From positions 13,151,903 through 13,215,902 of the forward strand of contig CM082577.2 in NCBI GenBank assembly GCA_040954595.2: a DNA stretch of 64,000 nucleotides. The letters run 5' to 3'. This document shows positions 9,687 through 23,400 of this stretch, piece after piece (position 1 is the first letter of the stretch; every line of letters starts with the position of its first letter). Source of the stretch: Balanoglossus misakiensis. Its lineage: Eukaryota > Animalia > Hemichordata. The translations under genes were made by a program, and so were the position numbers. Under the pieces are notes generated by a model that ran no database searches, was not told where the DNA came from, and saw nothing but the letters and a program-made list of their open reading frames with translations.

Positions 9687-11351
9687 AAAGAATTATATAA
9701 ACAATCTATCAATTTAATAAGCACGGGTGGATTTCCTGTACAATCATTCGTGATACTTCAGATTCATAAAGACAACATTTTTCAAAGTGGCCTATGTATC
9801 TAAAATTGCAGACGACGTTTCAACGCTTACGGTTGGAGATTTTCTACCTAATATTCACAAAAAGACCTCGGGTATTGTTAAACACTATTTAAAACCTTGT
9901 TACCCGGTGAGTCTGGTGGCGTGTGTACGACAGATCTGAGGTACAAAACTTCGCTCGAAACCCAACACGAGTTGGAGACCGAGTTTATTTACGTACAACA
10001 TTGTAGCAATTTTTCGTATGTTTGCGCGCGCTCTGGAATCACGCGATGTCAACTGAGTGTGAACGAGCTGTTTCGCATTGTGTCGTCTGCCCAGTTTTCG
10101 TGGCTAAAACGACAGGAATAATACCCCAGTTGGCTTTAGAATTGCACATATCATGAGATTTGAGCGCCATAGAGACCGCAGATATCGTGGAACAGGAAGG
10201 TTAGTGTTAAAATTATTGTTTTTAATCAAAGTATTGACCTCTGAGTTATGCTACGTTTGTGTCTGTGTCAAACGGACGCAATGTTTACAATACAAGGCAG
10301 CCAAATAGAATCAGAGAAATGAAGAAATATTATCACGATATTTTGGATTTCGTGTTATTATTTCTCGGGAATTTTATTGTTTTCTCAGACAAGGTGACAG
10401 GACAGACACACGAGGCATCTCGCGGTTCCGTTTTGAATGTTGAATTTTATGTTTTGGCTGTATTTGCGTGTCAGCTGACAGGTCTTCGCATTCATCAGAA
10501 GCTATCGTGCGTCGCTGAGATTTGATTCTTCATAGACGAAAATTATTTCATAACCATACCAAATAAAACATTTCCAGAAATTTAGAAGTTTGCAGACTTT
10601 TCTGCTAGTAGTCTATTTAGTGTTGAAGTCACGCTGAACTGCCAAATTTAACACAGACTCGCTGTCAATACTCAAACAGTGTACTTCTACGAGTGTGTCC
10701 TGTAACTGCCTTCCTTCAATTACCCATGTCATACAACAACAAATAGACGGTAAACGTTTATGCAATACCAATGAATTTATGTTTTAAAACTGGTCGACAG
10801 TCTGGAAATGCATGAACAATCGATTGATTGGATTCCTTAACTTTACTATTGTATCTTGTATTTTTTTGTAGTTACACTGTGGAAATCGGCAGGCTGCATT
10901 GCCAGTTTTTCTGCACATGCGCAGTTCCTCTGTCTTGAAAGAAAAGTCAAATTTCACCAACTTATTATTGTGCATTCGGAAAATAAACCCCAAATGTTTT
11001 CTTTGTGAACAAAAATACTGCCAGTGTGATCTTGTGTTCAAATCCAACCCATTATTATGTAAATTGACTTGTGATACCCTCTCTTAGCACAAAAAGCATA
11101 ATTTCAGCCCCAAAATGGTTGCCATAGAAACATGTGATCACTAAACGGATATCATTTTTGTTCTTATTGAGCCAAGATACCCCTATGGTGAAATTTTTGT
11201 GGAAATCGGACCTATTATTATTAAAATTATTATTTTTATATAATTTTTTATTTAATTATTATTATTATTACCATTTGACATATTGTTTTTGCAGTGAATG
11301 TTCTAGATTGACAGCAACTTACATTGTATAAGAGGCACTATGACTAGTTAC

Positions 11352-11450
11352 CTTTGAATCTTTTGTGACATTGGCACGTTTCTTCAGAAGTATGGTAACA
11401 GCCTCTGCATCACCATTTCGTGCACAAGCATGAAGTGCTGAAAGGCCATC
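11352..11450 (-). CDS. ankyrin gene exon E47
   Basis: 99 nt AG/GT; DGLSALHACARNGDAEAVTILLKKRANVTKDSK. Confidence 0.9.
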
Positions 11451-14400
11451 CTGAAAACAAGGAAGAAAATAATTTGTTTTACAGTAATTAATAAGGTTGA
11501 GTACATGTTAGAGTTCAAATAAATATTCATTTGTGGCACTGGAATGCATCAAAATATCCAAAGATCACATGTAAAATCATTCTGTCAGTCAATGAAGTCA
11601 ACACCATTGCAAATTTGTTTTTCTTCATAGTGTGGTTGAAGGATAATATAACATATTACCGGTATATCGAAAAGTTTATCCACTCAAAAACTATTGACAC
11701 TCAAAACGTTTTGATATTTAAAAATATCTCTTAATTTACCTCCAAATGGTCATCTATTTTAACCCCAGCTTTCACAAGGCCATCTACCATTACTTCATCA
11801 TGTTCTTTCACAGCCCAAAATAGTTGCTCAATGTTCGAGGAACTAGGCTACAATGGTAAATTTGATATAAAATGATTATTTTTCTAAATTTAAAATCTTT
11901 AGCGAAATATGAAAGTGTAATCAACTTAACACTCAGTAGTTGTCTGGTGCTGTTTGCATTATTTAGTAAATGGCACTGTCCTGTTGAATAAACGATATGT
12001 GCATACTATCATACATAAAAAAAATATTTCATACTATCATAAATAAAAAAAATATTTATGTGGACTGTCTTCTAAATACAACAAACTATTTCATCGGAAT
12101 GGTTGTAATACACTGCTATCACTGTTAGCAGAGGTTTTGTCTGTTTAATCTTCTAAAAGTGAACCTTCCGTGGGCCATCTGTTTTTAAATTATCACAAGG
12201 GATTTCTGCCGGTCGAACTTGTGCACCTCAAACATATTTCTATACTGCCTGCAGTTAAACATTATTAATGTTTTCTATAAACAAGAGCTGGATGCAAGTT
12301 TATAGGTGTTCTTTGAAGGTGGTCAAAATGTTAACTGACCCACCCCCTGAGAACACTAACAAAGCAATATAAATACACCTAAATCGTGAATTATAATATC
12401 CATATTGAACAACTGTCATTGCTAAATTTTCATTCCTGTGAATAACCAAATGTGTTTGCTCAAAAATATCAAAATGTTAACGGATTCTTATGGTATCCCC
12501 AAAAGCTCAATAGCACTCAGACTGCTGTTTCAGATATTTGCTACATATATGCATTATTTGATCAAATCTAATGTGAGTGACACCTAGAACATCAAATTCA
12601 AAGCAATTGATCCAGCAGTTTCTAAGAGATTTTTTCCATCAAAAAGAACAATCACTTTGGCCTTTGGCTCAGAAGCATTAGACTACTTTTTCAGATTTTT
12701 GCTTTATATGTAATATTTACCATAGTTTAATGGGAGCGACACCTAGAAACTTCATACCAAATTCATAGCAATCAGACCAGCAGTTTCTGAGAGCTTTTTC
12801 CTTTGAAAAGTGCAATGCTTTTGCCTAAATATTACAATCAAAATGTAATGAGAATAAACAAATCCAAGGAAAGTAACCCTTGGGAAATCTAAGACCAAAG
12901 CCATACAATTAGAAATGAGGAGGAGAAATTGATTGTTGATGGACAAGGAATGCAGGATAAGTGAGAAACACTCACTGACAATCGCCATTTCTTATAATCT
13001 CTGCTTCGGTCACAACAGAGCAAAAATATCTTACCACATTTTTATGTAGACAAGCATTTGCATTGAGCAGTTGTCGAGTAGACTTGATGTCCCGAAATTT
13101 GAGAGCACAATAGAGTGGTGTATGGCCATCCTTTAAAAAGTACAAAGAAATGTTCATTTATACTTTATTTGAACTTTATAAAATATATCTGAGAATAACC
13201 CAGATTTTATGGTGTCATTGTCATCACGAAATCTTTAATTCTCAAAATTTTCACTGAAGCAAGTATTAACGGAGTCTTTAGAAAAGAAAACCAGGTCAAA
13301 ATGTTGTACCACCCACCTTATTGTCTATATTGAGGTCAACTTTGTTGGCTATTAATGCCTTTACAACAAGACTGTGTTTTTTCTTTACGGCATGATGCAG
13401 AGCTGTATTACAAGCCTAGGAAAATTGAATATATACAATAAATAAACATTCATTCATAGCTACAGTGTAGACAATTTATTTATAATCTAAACACACAGTC
13501 AATGCCGAGGTCAGAGAATAACCAATGACCACAAACTATTGTTATTAAAAGATTTAGTTGAATATATAACTGTCCACTTCGCAAGAATATCAAAATATGG
13601 TGAGACTTAATTCAAATTATAAATTAAATTTAAAAAACATGAAAATGAAATAAATATTCCCAATTCTGAAAAATTGAAATGGAACATTATGGTAACTAAT
13701 GGAACATTATGGTAACTATCTGTAATTGTAGGTTTTGGCTTTACATTGATGAAACATACCATGTCTGTTTGGTTTTTATTTGACCCAGCTTGTAACAGAA
13801 CATCCACTGCCTTGGGAAAATTGTTGGCTGCAACTTCGTGAAGTACACTCATACCAGCCTGTCAACATGAATGGAAGTTGTGATCTGTGACATAACACTT
13901 GTTAACAATGAGTATTTTTGCTTGTTGGCAAAGCTCGGGTTTATAATCAAATTAAACAAAATATTTAGCTGTTTTAACATTATGCAATATGAACAAACTG
14001 AATGCAATATTCTGGCAGATAATATTTAAGCAGTATATAAAATCCAAGGTAATTTACAGAGAACAACAGATTGCTGTTGGTGGCACTGTTGTTATTAATG
14101 TGCAAAAATATCATTCAACATAGCTAATATTTTTTGTTATGATATACCTCATGCTAATACTGTGCCGTGATTCGCCAGAATCCGTCACGTGATAGGAAAA
14201 TAGAATCGACTATGAACCGCTAGGGAAATAGCAGAAAAAATATAAACCGGTCACGTGACCAACGTAGTCACATCAATCAGCGTCGTGTCGTCTGACACAT
14301 GGCCACCGCTGAAGATGTCATCTGCCAGCCTCAAGAGAAAATTGCAAGATTTTCCCAGCTGTTAGCATGAGGTTTATTATAAAACACCTATAGCCTGGCC

Positions 14401-17400
14401 TATATTCGGGCCATAGCAGCCATTTTACCCCCTCATGACTGTGCGGCCTCGGGAAATACAGTGAAACCTGGCAAAACCGACCTCACCTCGGACCACACAT
14501 TCTGGTCGGTTTTCACAGTGGGTCGGTTTACTCAGAGTGGGCGTGGCTTCCCCCAAACCCATGACCCCTTTGACCCCGATCTCATACACACAGTGCACAG
14601 CAGACACACGCACGATATACACGTTTGTACACTCGTATTTCATGTTTTTTTTTTCAAATAAAAGGTAATTAAACAACTTCTGTACAGTGTAATTTCTGAA
14701 AATTGTTGAAAATAAAAAAAAAGTAAATTCAAGTTCGTTCGCGGGCTGAGTGGGTAAACAGGAAGACGTACACGGTATTGTTACGATCGCATCGGCAGAA
14801 TGTTGGGCAATTGATTTCCTGGAAACTACTGATAAGTTGTCGTAAACAACATCCAGTCTATTTTTTCTTCATAAAACTTTCTGAGAGATGATTGTTTTAG
14901 GGAACATGGCTTCTGCAGTACTGTTTGATAAATCGCCGCCCTTGTCAACACTGCGTGGCCGCACTGTTGGTTGTACACTGTATTGTTTACAAAGAGATTC
15001 ACACCTCGCCACGGGAAGGTTTATCAGTAAATTGCTAACGAAGTGTTGACAAACCGTCCTTTGACTATTGTTCGGAAGACAGGAAAACCAAAATTAGCAC
15101 ATCGTTGCAGTAATTTTTGATCAAAGACATGATTTCAACCTTTACAATAAAGTGATCGGTCGGTCTATTCAGGTTGAATTTGAGGGGTGGGACCGACCAA
15201 CGCGGTCGGTGTTCGAAGTAGACAGTGGTCGGTATTCAGAGTGACTTTTACCATTGGCGTCAATGGGAAATTTTCGGGACTAAACGGATCGGTCGATTTT
15301 CACAGGAAGTCGGTTTACCCAGGGGTCGGTTTTGCCAGGTTTTACTGTAGCATATGATTCTGGTAACTAACAGCCCCTCGGGTGTAATAAACGGCCGCTA
15401 TGGCCCTCATGGCCAGGCAATAGGTGTTCATTATTAATCACTTACCATAAAACTATGCAGAAGTTTCTTAAGTTAAAAGACTTCAAAATTTTATGAGTCA
15501 CTTCCAGTGTGAATTCATATGCTACTTAAATGATAAATGAAACACTATGTGTATGAATGACTTACCTGATTTGTATCATTTACATCAACACCCATATCTG
15601 TTAATGCTTTAACAAAATCTAAGTGCGGATACTTTGCAGCTGCAACACACATAGGTCTACATTCCACAGGAAACTGTATATCCTATGATAAGTAAAAACA
15701 GAAGATGGACATTTTAAAGACATGTAACAATGTCTCATTCTTCAATTATTATTTCTTTTTTTCAAATCTTATCGCTGTATTAATTGTGATTTGAAATGTA
15801 TCTCCACCACCAATACTTACCCCTTCCTTGATAAAGTTTGCTTTTGCATTGAGAAGAACTTCCACTATCCTCGCATTCTTTTTTTGAACAGCATAGTACA
15901 AAGGAGTACACTGGTTCTGTAGACAAAGCAGCATTGTTGTAAACATACTTGTATTATTTAACACAATGACATAGAAATCCCAATTTCCGAAAAACAAGGT
16001 TTTTTGAGATTTTTTTGACAAAATATCTAAAAATCCTTAATAAATTACATTGATTCTTGTATATTATCAACCAAAAATTAAAAAGCTAAAAAAAATAACT
16101 TTAAACTGACTATTTTCTTAATTTTATTCTAGAATCAGGAAAACACTGGAATTTGTGTCTTTGGTTAATACTTATGCACTTTTCCATTGAAAAATCAATT
16201 TCAAAATTTCCCTTTGACTACCATGGATTTTTTTCAAAGGAATTTCGTAATTTATGTTTGGGCTGACATTGATAATGAGTATTTCCGTGCAAACATCCGA
16301 TTTTATCTTCGTTTTCGGAAATTGGGATTTCTATGTCGTTGTGTTTATTTATGAAAATAAAGGGTTTAGTATGTTATAACCTGAAAGTACTTTTTGAAAA
16401 TTGGAAAGGTTGCTATGTACTTGTGTACCGGTACCATGTGGGACAAACTCTAACTCATCAATTGCGACCAATATCTATAGTGAGATCAAAATACGAAAAT
16501 ACATACTTTCGCACATTTATTCAAGTGGGTGGATAGAAAGGTACAGTTACCTTGTCTAAGGCGTTGATGTTTGCCTGAAGTGATAGGCATAGTTCCACAT
16601 ATTTAGAATCCTCCTTTTGGACCATGAGATGGAGAACTGTTAAATCACTAGGTACGTCCTAATGAAATAAAGCAAAACATGTATGCAGGGTTATGACAGA
16701 TTTTGATATTTTGTAAGTTACCCCATCACGATTCTTGGAATATTTTGTAGGCAAAATAATTTGCGCCAATGATTTATGTCAACTTGAGCTGTGTAAAATT
16801 CTACTAGCCGCATGTCTAACACGGTGTCTATGGGAGTCACAAAGATACAACACAGTTCGGGTGTGGAAGCCCATGGAGTTGTATGGGCCCGGTTATAGAA
16901 AGAGGCGCTTAGAGGCACATTTACATTAAACTGTTATGATGAAGACAAACTGTTATTAAAATGGATATTGTGCCCAACGTTTTCGTACAAGAATGTCCAA
17001 AACACAGTGATCATGTTTTGTATCTATGATCAAATTCTTTTACAGCTGAACAAATGGCATAGCAGCTGATACAGCCCTGCTGTGATACATAAAATTATAA
17101 ATACAGATAACTGTTTGAGAATGAAAAGATGCACACATCTCTAGACTTAGACAAGCTTGTCAGCAAATCTGCAATGCCGTAAACACACAGTGCAAATTTG
17201 TCACAATTTTAACAGGTAACTTCAGACAAAACTACTGGACACATGCACAAACACATAGAGCAAATTAGTCACAATTTTAACTGGTAACTTCAGACCAAAC
17301 TACTGGACACATGCACTTTTGAAGATGGTTTTGAAGACTATTTTACTAAAAAATATCCCCCCAAAATCTATTATTCAAATTTCACCAAATTATGCACAAA

Positions 17401-20400
17401 CTTTACTAAGGTCATACACACTGAGGGACCTACATCCTAAATTTTAATCTGACATGCTATTTTAGAGAAGATTGTTCAACCAAAAAGGAAAGTCATGGGT
17501 GACATGAGCAAAAAGAGAGCTAATTTGGCATGCGAGAGAGCTACAAAAAATAGACAGTGCAAGAAAGACTGATCCAGCTTCCTACATTCAAATGCAAACA
17601 TTTGAAAATAATTCGACACATTCCACTATATATAAATACATAACATGAGTAAAACTATCTACAAGCAACCATAATAACACAATAATATTAATCACATCCG
17701 TTTGCATAATTATTATCCCCACAATTACACATACCTTATCCAAATGCAGAACAATTCCATTTATATCCTGTCCAGCCTTGACGAGAGTTTCTGCCACAGT
17801 ACATTCATAGTTTTCGATAGCCCAGTGTAACATTGTTGTCTGTTGGTTGAAAATATGTTTCAATGTTAATTTATATCACATATTTAAACCATACCATGAC
17901 CATGGATAACTATTGATAATAAATAATAAATGGGAATGGAAAGATCAAAACAAATATTACCTTGTTTTCACGATGTAGATATGTTGTTTTATTGTCAAGT
18001 AACATCTTGGCTACGTCAACATGGCTCCTTGCTGCTGCATAATATAAAGCAGTATATCCATCCTGAAAGTAAAAGTTTTGATATTAATAAAGTCTATTTA
18101 CAAACTGAATATCACAACAGCTTCTGCTTAAGGGGTGTGATGTGTGTTTGGAGTGCGGTCATATATGGTAAATAATCTACAAAGCGATGATCAACCAACG
18201 AGTAGCTGCTGTACTAGTCAAGTCGGGTTGTATGGTATGGTGGTTTGTATTTTGGCTTTCTGTGTACATTGGTTCCTTAGTCTGCATCCAAATATCAATG
18301 ATGTGAAACTGGACATAATATGTCGCAACCACTTTCACAAATGATCAAAAGACATTACCAAAGCAAACATCTTTGAAGAAAATTTAAATACAACAACATA
18401 TGAGCAACTAACACATCATGCATCTCCACTGCAACAGTGTCAAGAAGAAAATGTTTAGTATAGACTTTTTTCTGTGTTCATCATATATATCGTATGCATG
18501 CAAAACATGACTTTTTAGATGAGCTCCCTAATATGCAAATGTAAACTACTTTTAGACAAAATTGTTGGTAAAGTGACCTCAAAAAGACGAAATCATGTCT
18601 ATTAACAAAAATAATTAGGTAAACAAGGCCTTACACAAACATCTTGAGCTTTTCATCTTTATTAAGCTTTTGCAGATATACAGAAGGTCTACTGTAGACT
18701 AGTCTAATATAACCTACTGCAACCATTCAGTTTCCATAAGGGACTGTCTGTGTATGGAATCCTATATTGTTCTCACAGCAAGTGAAACACTAATGAGGTT
18801 GCTGTGGATAGCCCTAACATTTGATGAAGGATTTTTTAGACATATACACCAAATTACTGATCATACAAGAGTTTAAATGTATATCTTACAGAAATTTACT
18901 TGCTTGTTTTAAATATGATTTGTACCAAGACCTAGACTGCATCAAAACATGAAGCAAGCAAATCCGCGCACAAAAACATTACGCAAAATACAAATTACCA
19001 AAAAAGGGTAGCAAAGACAAGCATGAGTGCATTCCTTATAATTCATACAATCTGAGTACATTCAATCAACAAACAAACACACATGTAAATACATTAAGAA
19101 CAATGTTTCTATAGCTCAATCGATCGATAGATATAAGCTTTTATCGGGAACAGAGCTGTCCAACAGCATATTGCTACCAACTGAGGGCAGAAAATCATTA
19201 TAAATGCAAGTTAAATTTAAATGGTATAATTATTGTCCACTGAATTATACTTTTAGTTTTTATGTTTGCATGAGTTCTTTAATTAATTACACAAACTTGC
19301 TTGCTGCATGAACTTGTTTGATGGGTGAGAATTTTAATTTAAATAAATACTAGTCAATTTGACTCATCAGACGATTGATCGTAACCGCGAAGCTAAAACA
19401 CAGTTAGCAGCCATCTTTCTTTTTTATTTAATGTTTGAGTGGGGGTGTCTTGAAACCGTCCTCATAACAGTGCACCTTGAAACTTAATGCGTATTTAACG
19501 CGCGTTCCATACGTAACGTTCCATACGCCTTTTTAGTGCACGCCAAATTCTAGTGTTCTCAGTGCCAGATGTATAATAATAGAGAGTATGTCTGTAATAC
19601 AAATGTTACCTGTGAATATGTATTGATCTTTGCATTTTGCCTCAATAGTAACCCGACAGCCTTCACGTCACCTTCCCTTGCATAATGATGAAGTGCTGTA
19701 CGACCGTCCTGAATACAATAACATGATATGTTTTTATTTACTTAACATCAACAATGGGAAAGTACATTATACATTGACTGAAGTAGTTTTGAAACTGACA
19801 TTACTTTGTTGTCATGTATGACAACTGATCAATATATAGTAAATCACACTTTCAAAAAATTAAAAGCCATTTGTTACACTTATGTTTGAAATAGTCTGAT
19901 TGTTGGCACTATATGGTTCAGCAACATAGCACTTAAGTTAGACGATTATGCCTTTACCTGCAAACAATCATCTATTTTCACTCCAGCTCTCACAAGGTCC
20001 TCTACCATTTCCTCCTCATGTAGTTTGGTAGCCCAGAACAATTGTCCAATATTACATGACCAGGGCTACAACATAATTGGTTGAATCTTAAATTATTCAT
20101 GCAACAAAATTTATTTAAAATTCCATTGCATATAAGTTACATCCGTATTCACCAAATGTGTGGTGGTTAACCAACAACTGCAGTTTGTCCTTTATGCATT
20201 TTTTTCTTGTCTGAAACAATTAGTATAATTTAAATTCATCTTACCACATCTTTGTGCAGACGGGCGCTTGCACTGAGCAGTTGCTTGACAGACTTAATGT
20301 CCCGCATTTTGAGTGCACACCATAGTGGTGTCTGATCATCCTTGATAGGTAAAATCATATGCTTTGTTGACGTTATGATTGAAAGTGACTTTATGTACTA

Positions 20401-23400
20401 GCAACTATATTTATACACTTAGCGTCTTTGAAAACTTTTACAAAAATACTCATCTGATTATTTTCAATTATCGCTGATATCAGTACACATTAACCCTTTC
20501 ACCACCATGGTTCCGTCCAAACCCATTGTTTTCTGTGGTGAGGTTGGACCTCTAAACAGGGAACTGGGGTGAAAGGGTTAAGAGAATCTGCTTGAAAAGT
20601 AAATTAATGTAGAACAGATAAAGGTTTGAAATGATTGAGATGTTTTCCATGAAAACATGGTTCAGTACACATTGGAGGGGATAATTAAAAGCAGTGAAGC
20701 TTATGCTTACCTTATCAGTTATGTCCACATTTGCCTTGGATTCACACAGAAGTTTTATTATATCCTTATTGTTTTTCTGCACTGATACATGCAACGGGGT
20801 GAGCCCATACTGTTGAGAGAAATGATTACTAGTAAATATTACTGACTGTCATTATAAACGTGACGTACCAGTTCAATGCTAAATATGTTTTTCCCAGCTA
20901 TTATTCTGATTGCATGAGTTAATCTATTTTCTGTTTTGGATATTCTTACACTAAAATTCAGCATGGAAAACCTGATTTATAAAATGGTAAATACATGTAC
21001 ATTGTGTTCATAATGCGAACAAATGCCCCGAAACCTTAAAATAAAAGAAAAAGATATGGTTATGTAACGCAAAAAACGTGGCATAGGAAATGGTCAACAA
21101 AAGCAATGTAATTTTCCAATCATACTTACCTTATCAAGTTTGTCCACATTGGCTCCATACTGCAGAAGAATTTTTGCTGCTTCGATATCGGACTTCTCTA
21201 TTGCTGTGTGAAGAGGTGACTGTCCTTCCTATACACGCAATTGGCCAAGGAAAAGCACATATACGTTACCATTGTATAAATCTCGTGGAACACTCCTACA
21301 CTGAAAATTTCATCATAACACTGGAGAATTGCCGATACATGCAAACGACACTTCATGAATACATTTATAATTTTAAAAAACCATCAAGGTCAGTTAAGAT
21401 GCAGCCTCTATGTTTTTATCCCAAATTTCGGAATTTTAAAGCACAAGAATGTTAAACTTTATATTTTTCCATTCCTGTTCTGTGCTTACTACCACAGGTG
21501 TACAGGGTACATTATTTTCAGACGTACATGCTTCATATTTTTCAGATAAACAAACACTGTATGTTACAGATTTCATCATAATTATAGTAAAGTGTCTTTT
21601 TAAACTTTGCTCCCAACAAAACTTTGTTCAGTATGCAAATTAGCAATTAATGATGTTGGTTAATGTGTGTGGTATTTTGGAAACACAGTCATTGTCAATA
21701 ACATAAACGTTGTATAAATTGTTAAATTGGGAAATTATGCATGACTTGATTGTCACTCTATCAAGCAGAGTCTATACACTTGGGCTAGATACAAAAATTG
21801 GAATAATGAATATAGCCATATGATGCCTGGGAGTTATACATCATTTACATCACCTCTTCCATCATGGATAAAATGCTATTTGACAATTACCTCTCCAAGC
21901 TTGTTGATTTCTGTGTCAATGCCACGCTCAATAAGACATCTAACTGCTTCTTTGCTTTGCATAGGAGGGGATAATTAAAAGCAGTGAAGCTTATGCTTAC
22001 CTTATCAGTTATGTCCACATTTGCCTTGGATTCACACAGAAGTTTTATTATATCCTTATTGTTTTTCTGCACTGATACATGCAACGGGGTGAGCCCATAC
22101 TGTTGAGAGAAATGATTACTAGTAAATATTACTGACTGTCATTATAAACGTGACGTACCAGTTCAATGCTAAATATGTTTTTCCCAGCTATTATTCTGAT
22201 TGCGCGAGTTAATCTATTTTCTGTTTTGGATATTCTTACACTAAAATTCAGCATGGAAAACCTGATTTATAAAATGGTAAATACATGTACATTGTGTTCA
22301 TAATGCGAACAAATGCCCCGAAACCTTAAAATAAAAGAAAAAGATATGGTTATGTAACGCAAAAAACATGGCATAGGAATTGGTCAACAAAAGCAATGTA
22401 ATTTTCCAATCATACTTACCTTATCAAGTTTGTCCACATTGGCGCCATACTGCAGAAGAATTTTTGCTGCTTCGATATCGGACTTCTCTATTGCTGTGTG
22501 AAGAGGTGACTGTCCTTCCTATACACGCAATTGGCCAAGGAAAAGCACATATACGTTACCATTGTATAAATCTCGTGGAACACTCCTACACTGAAAATTT
22601 CATCATAACACTGGAGAATTGCCGATACATGCAAACGACACTTCATGAATACATTTATAATTTTAAAAAACAACATCAAGGTCAGTTAAGATGCAGCCTC
22701 TATGTTTTTATCCCAAATTTCGGAATTTTTAAAGCACAAGAATGTTAAACTTTATATTTTTTCATTCCTGTTCTGTGCTCACTACCACAGGTGTACAGGG
22801 AACATTATTTTCAGACGAACATGCTTCATATTTTTCAGATAAACAAACACTGTATGTTACAGATTTCATCATAATTATAGTAAAGTGTCTTTTTAAACTT
22901 TGCTCCCAACAAAACTTTGTTCAGTATGCAAATTAGCAATTAATGATGTTGGTTAATGTGTGTGGTATTTTGGAAACACAGTCATTGTCAATAACATAAA
23001 CGTTGTATAAATTGTTAAATTGGGAAATTATGCATGACTTGATTGTCACTCTATCAAGCAGAGTCTATACACTTGGGCTAGATACAAAAATTGGAACAAT
23101 GAATATAGCCATATGATGCCTGGGAGTTATACATCATTTACATCACCTCTTCCATCATGGATAAAATGCTATTTGACAATTACCTCTCCAAGCTTGTTGA
23201 TTTCTGTGTCAATGCCATGCTCAATAAGACATCTAACTGCTTCTTTGCTTTGCATTGGAGGGGATAATTAAAAGCAGTGAAGCTTATGCTTACCTTATCA
23301 GTTATGTCCACATTTGCCTTGGATTCACACAGAAGTTTTATTATATCCTTATTGTTTTTCTGCACTGATACATGCAACGGGGTGAGCCCATACTGTTGAG

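Larger units (their letters stand above)
1..11273. repeat. Tandem array of ~1.6-kb near-identical units (partial 1-829, 830-2432, 2433-4044, 4045-4056+9687-11273), probably TE-derived; last unit interrupted by an Ngaro element
   Basis: Sequence at 1 recurs at 1604 and 3207 (period 1603). Each unit ends in a variable (TAT)n/AT-rich tract before CCA|GTTAAGGGG. Array ends at ...TTACCA 11273. Confidence 0.97.

Noticed and set aside
18128-19480. Possible TTAAGG...CCTT-bounded DNA element
   Set aside because: Ends do not form a convincing TIR or target duplication.
21891-21957. E28-derived fragments (also 23184-23250) as real exons
   Set aside because: They lack the acceptor and 5' half, and the upstream gap (~43 nt) is implausibly short for an intron here.
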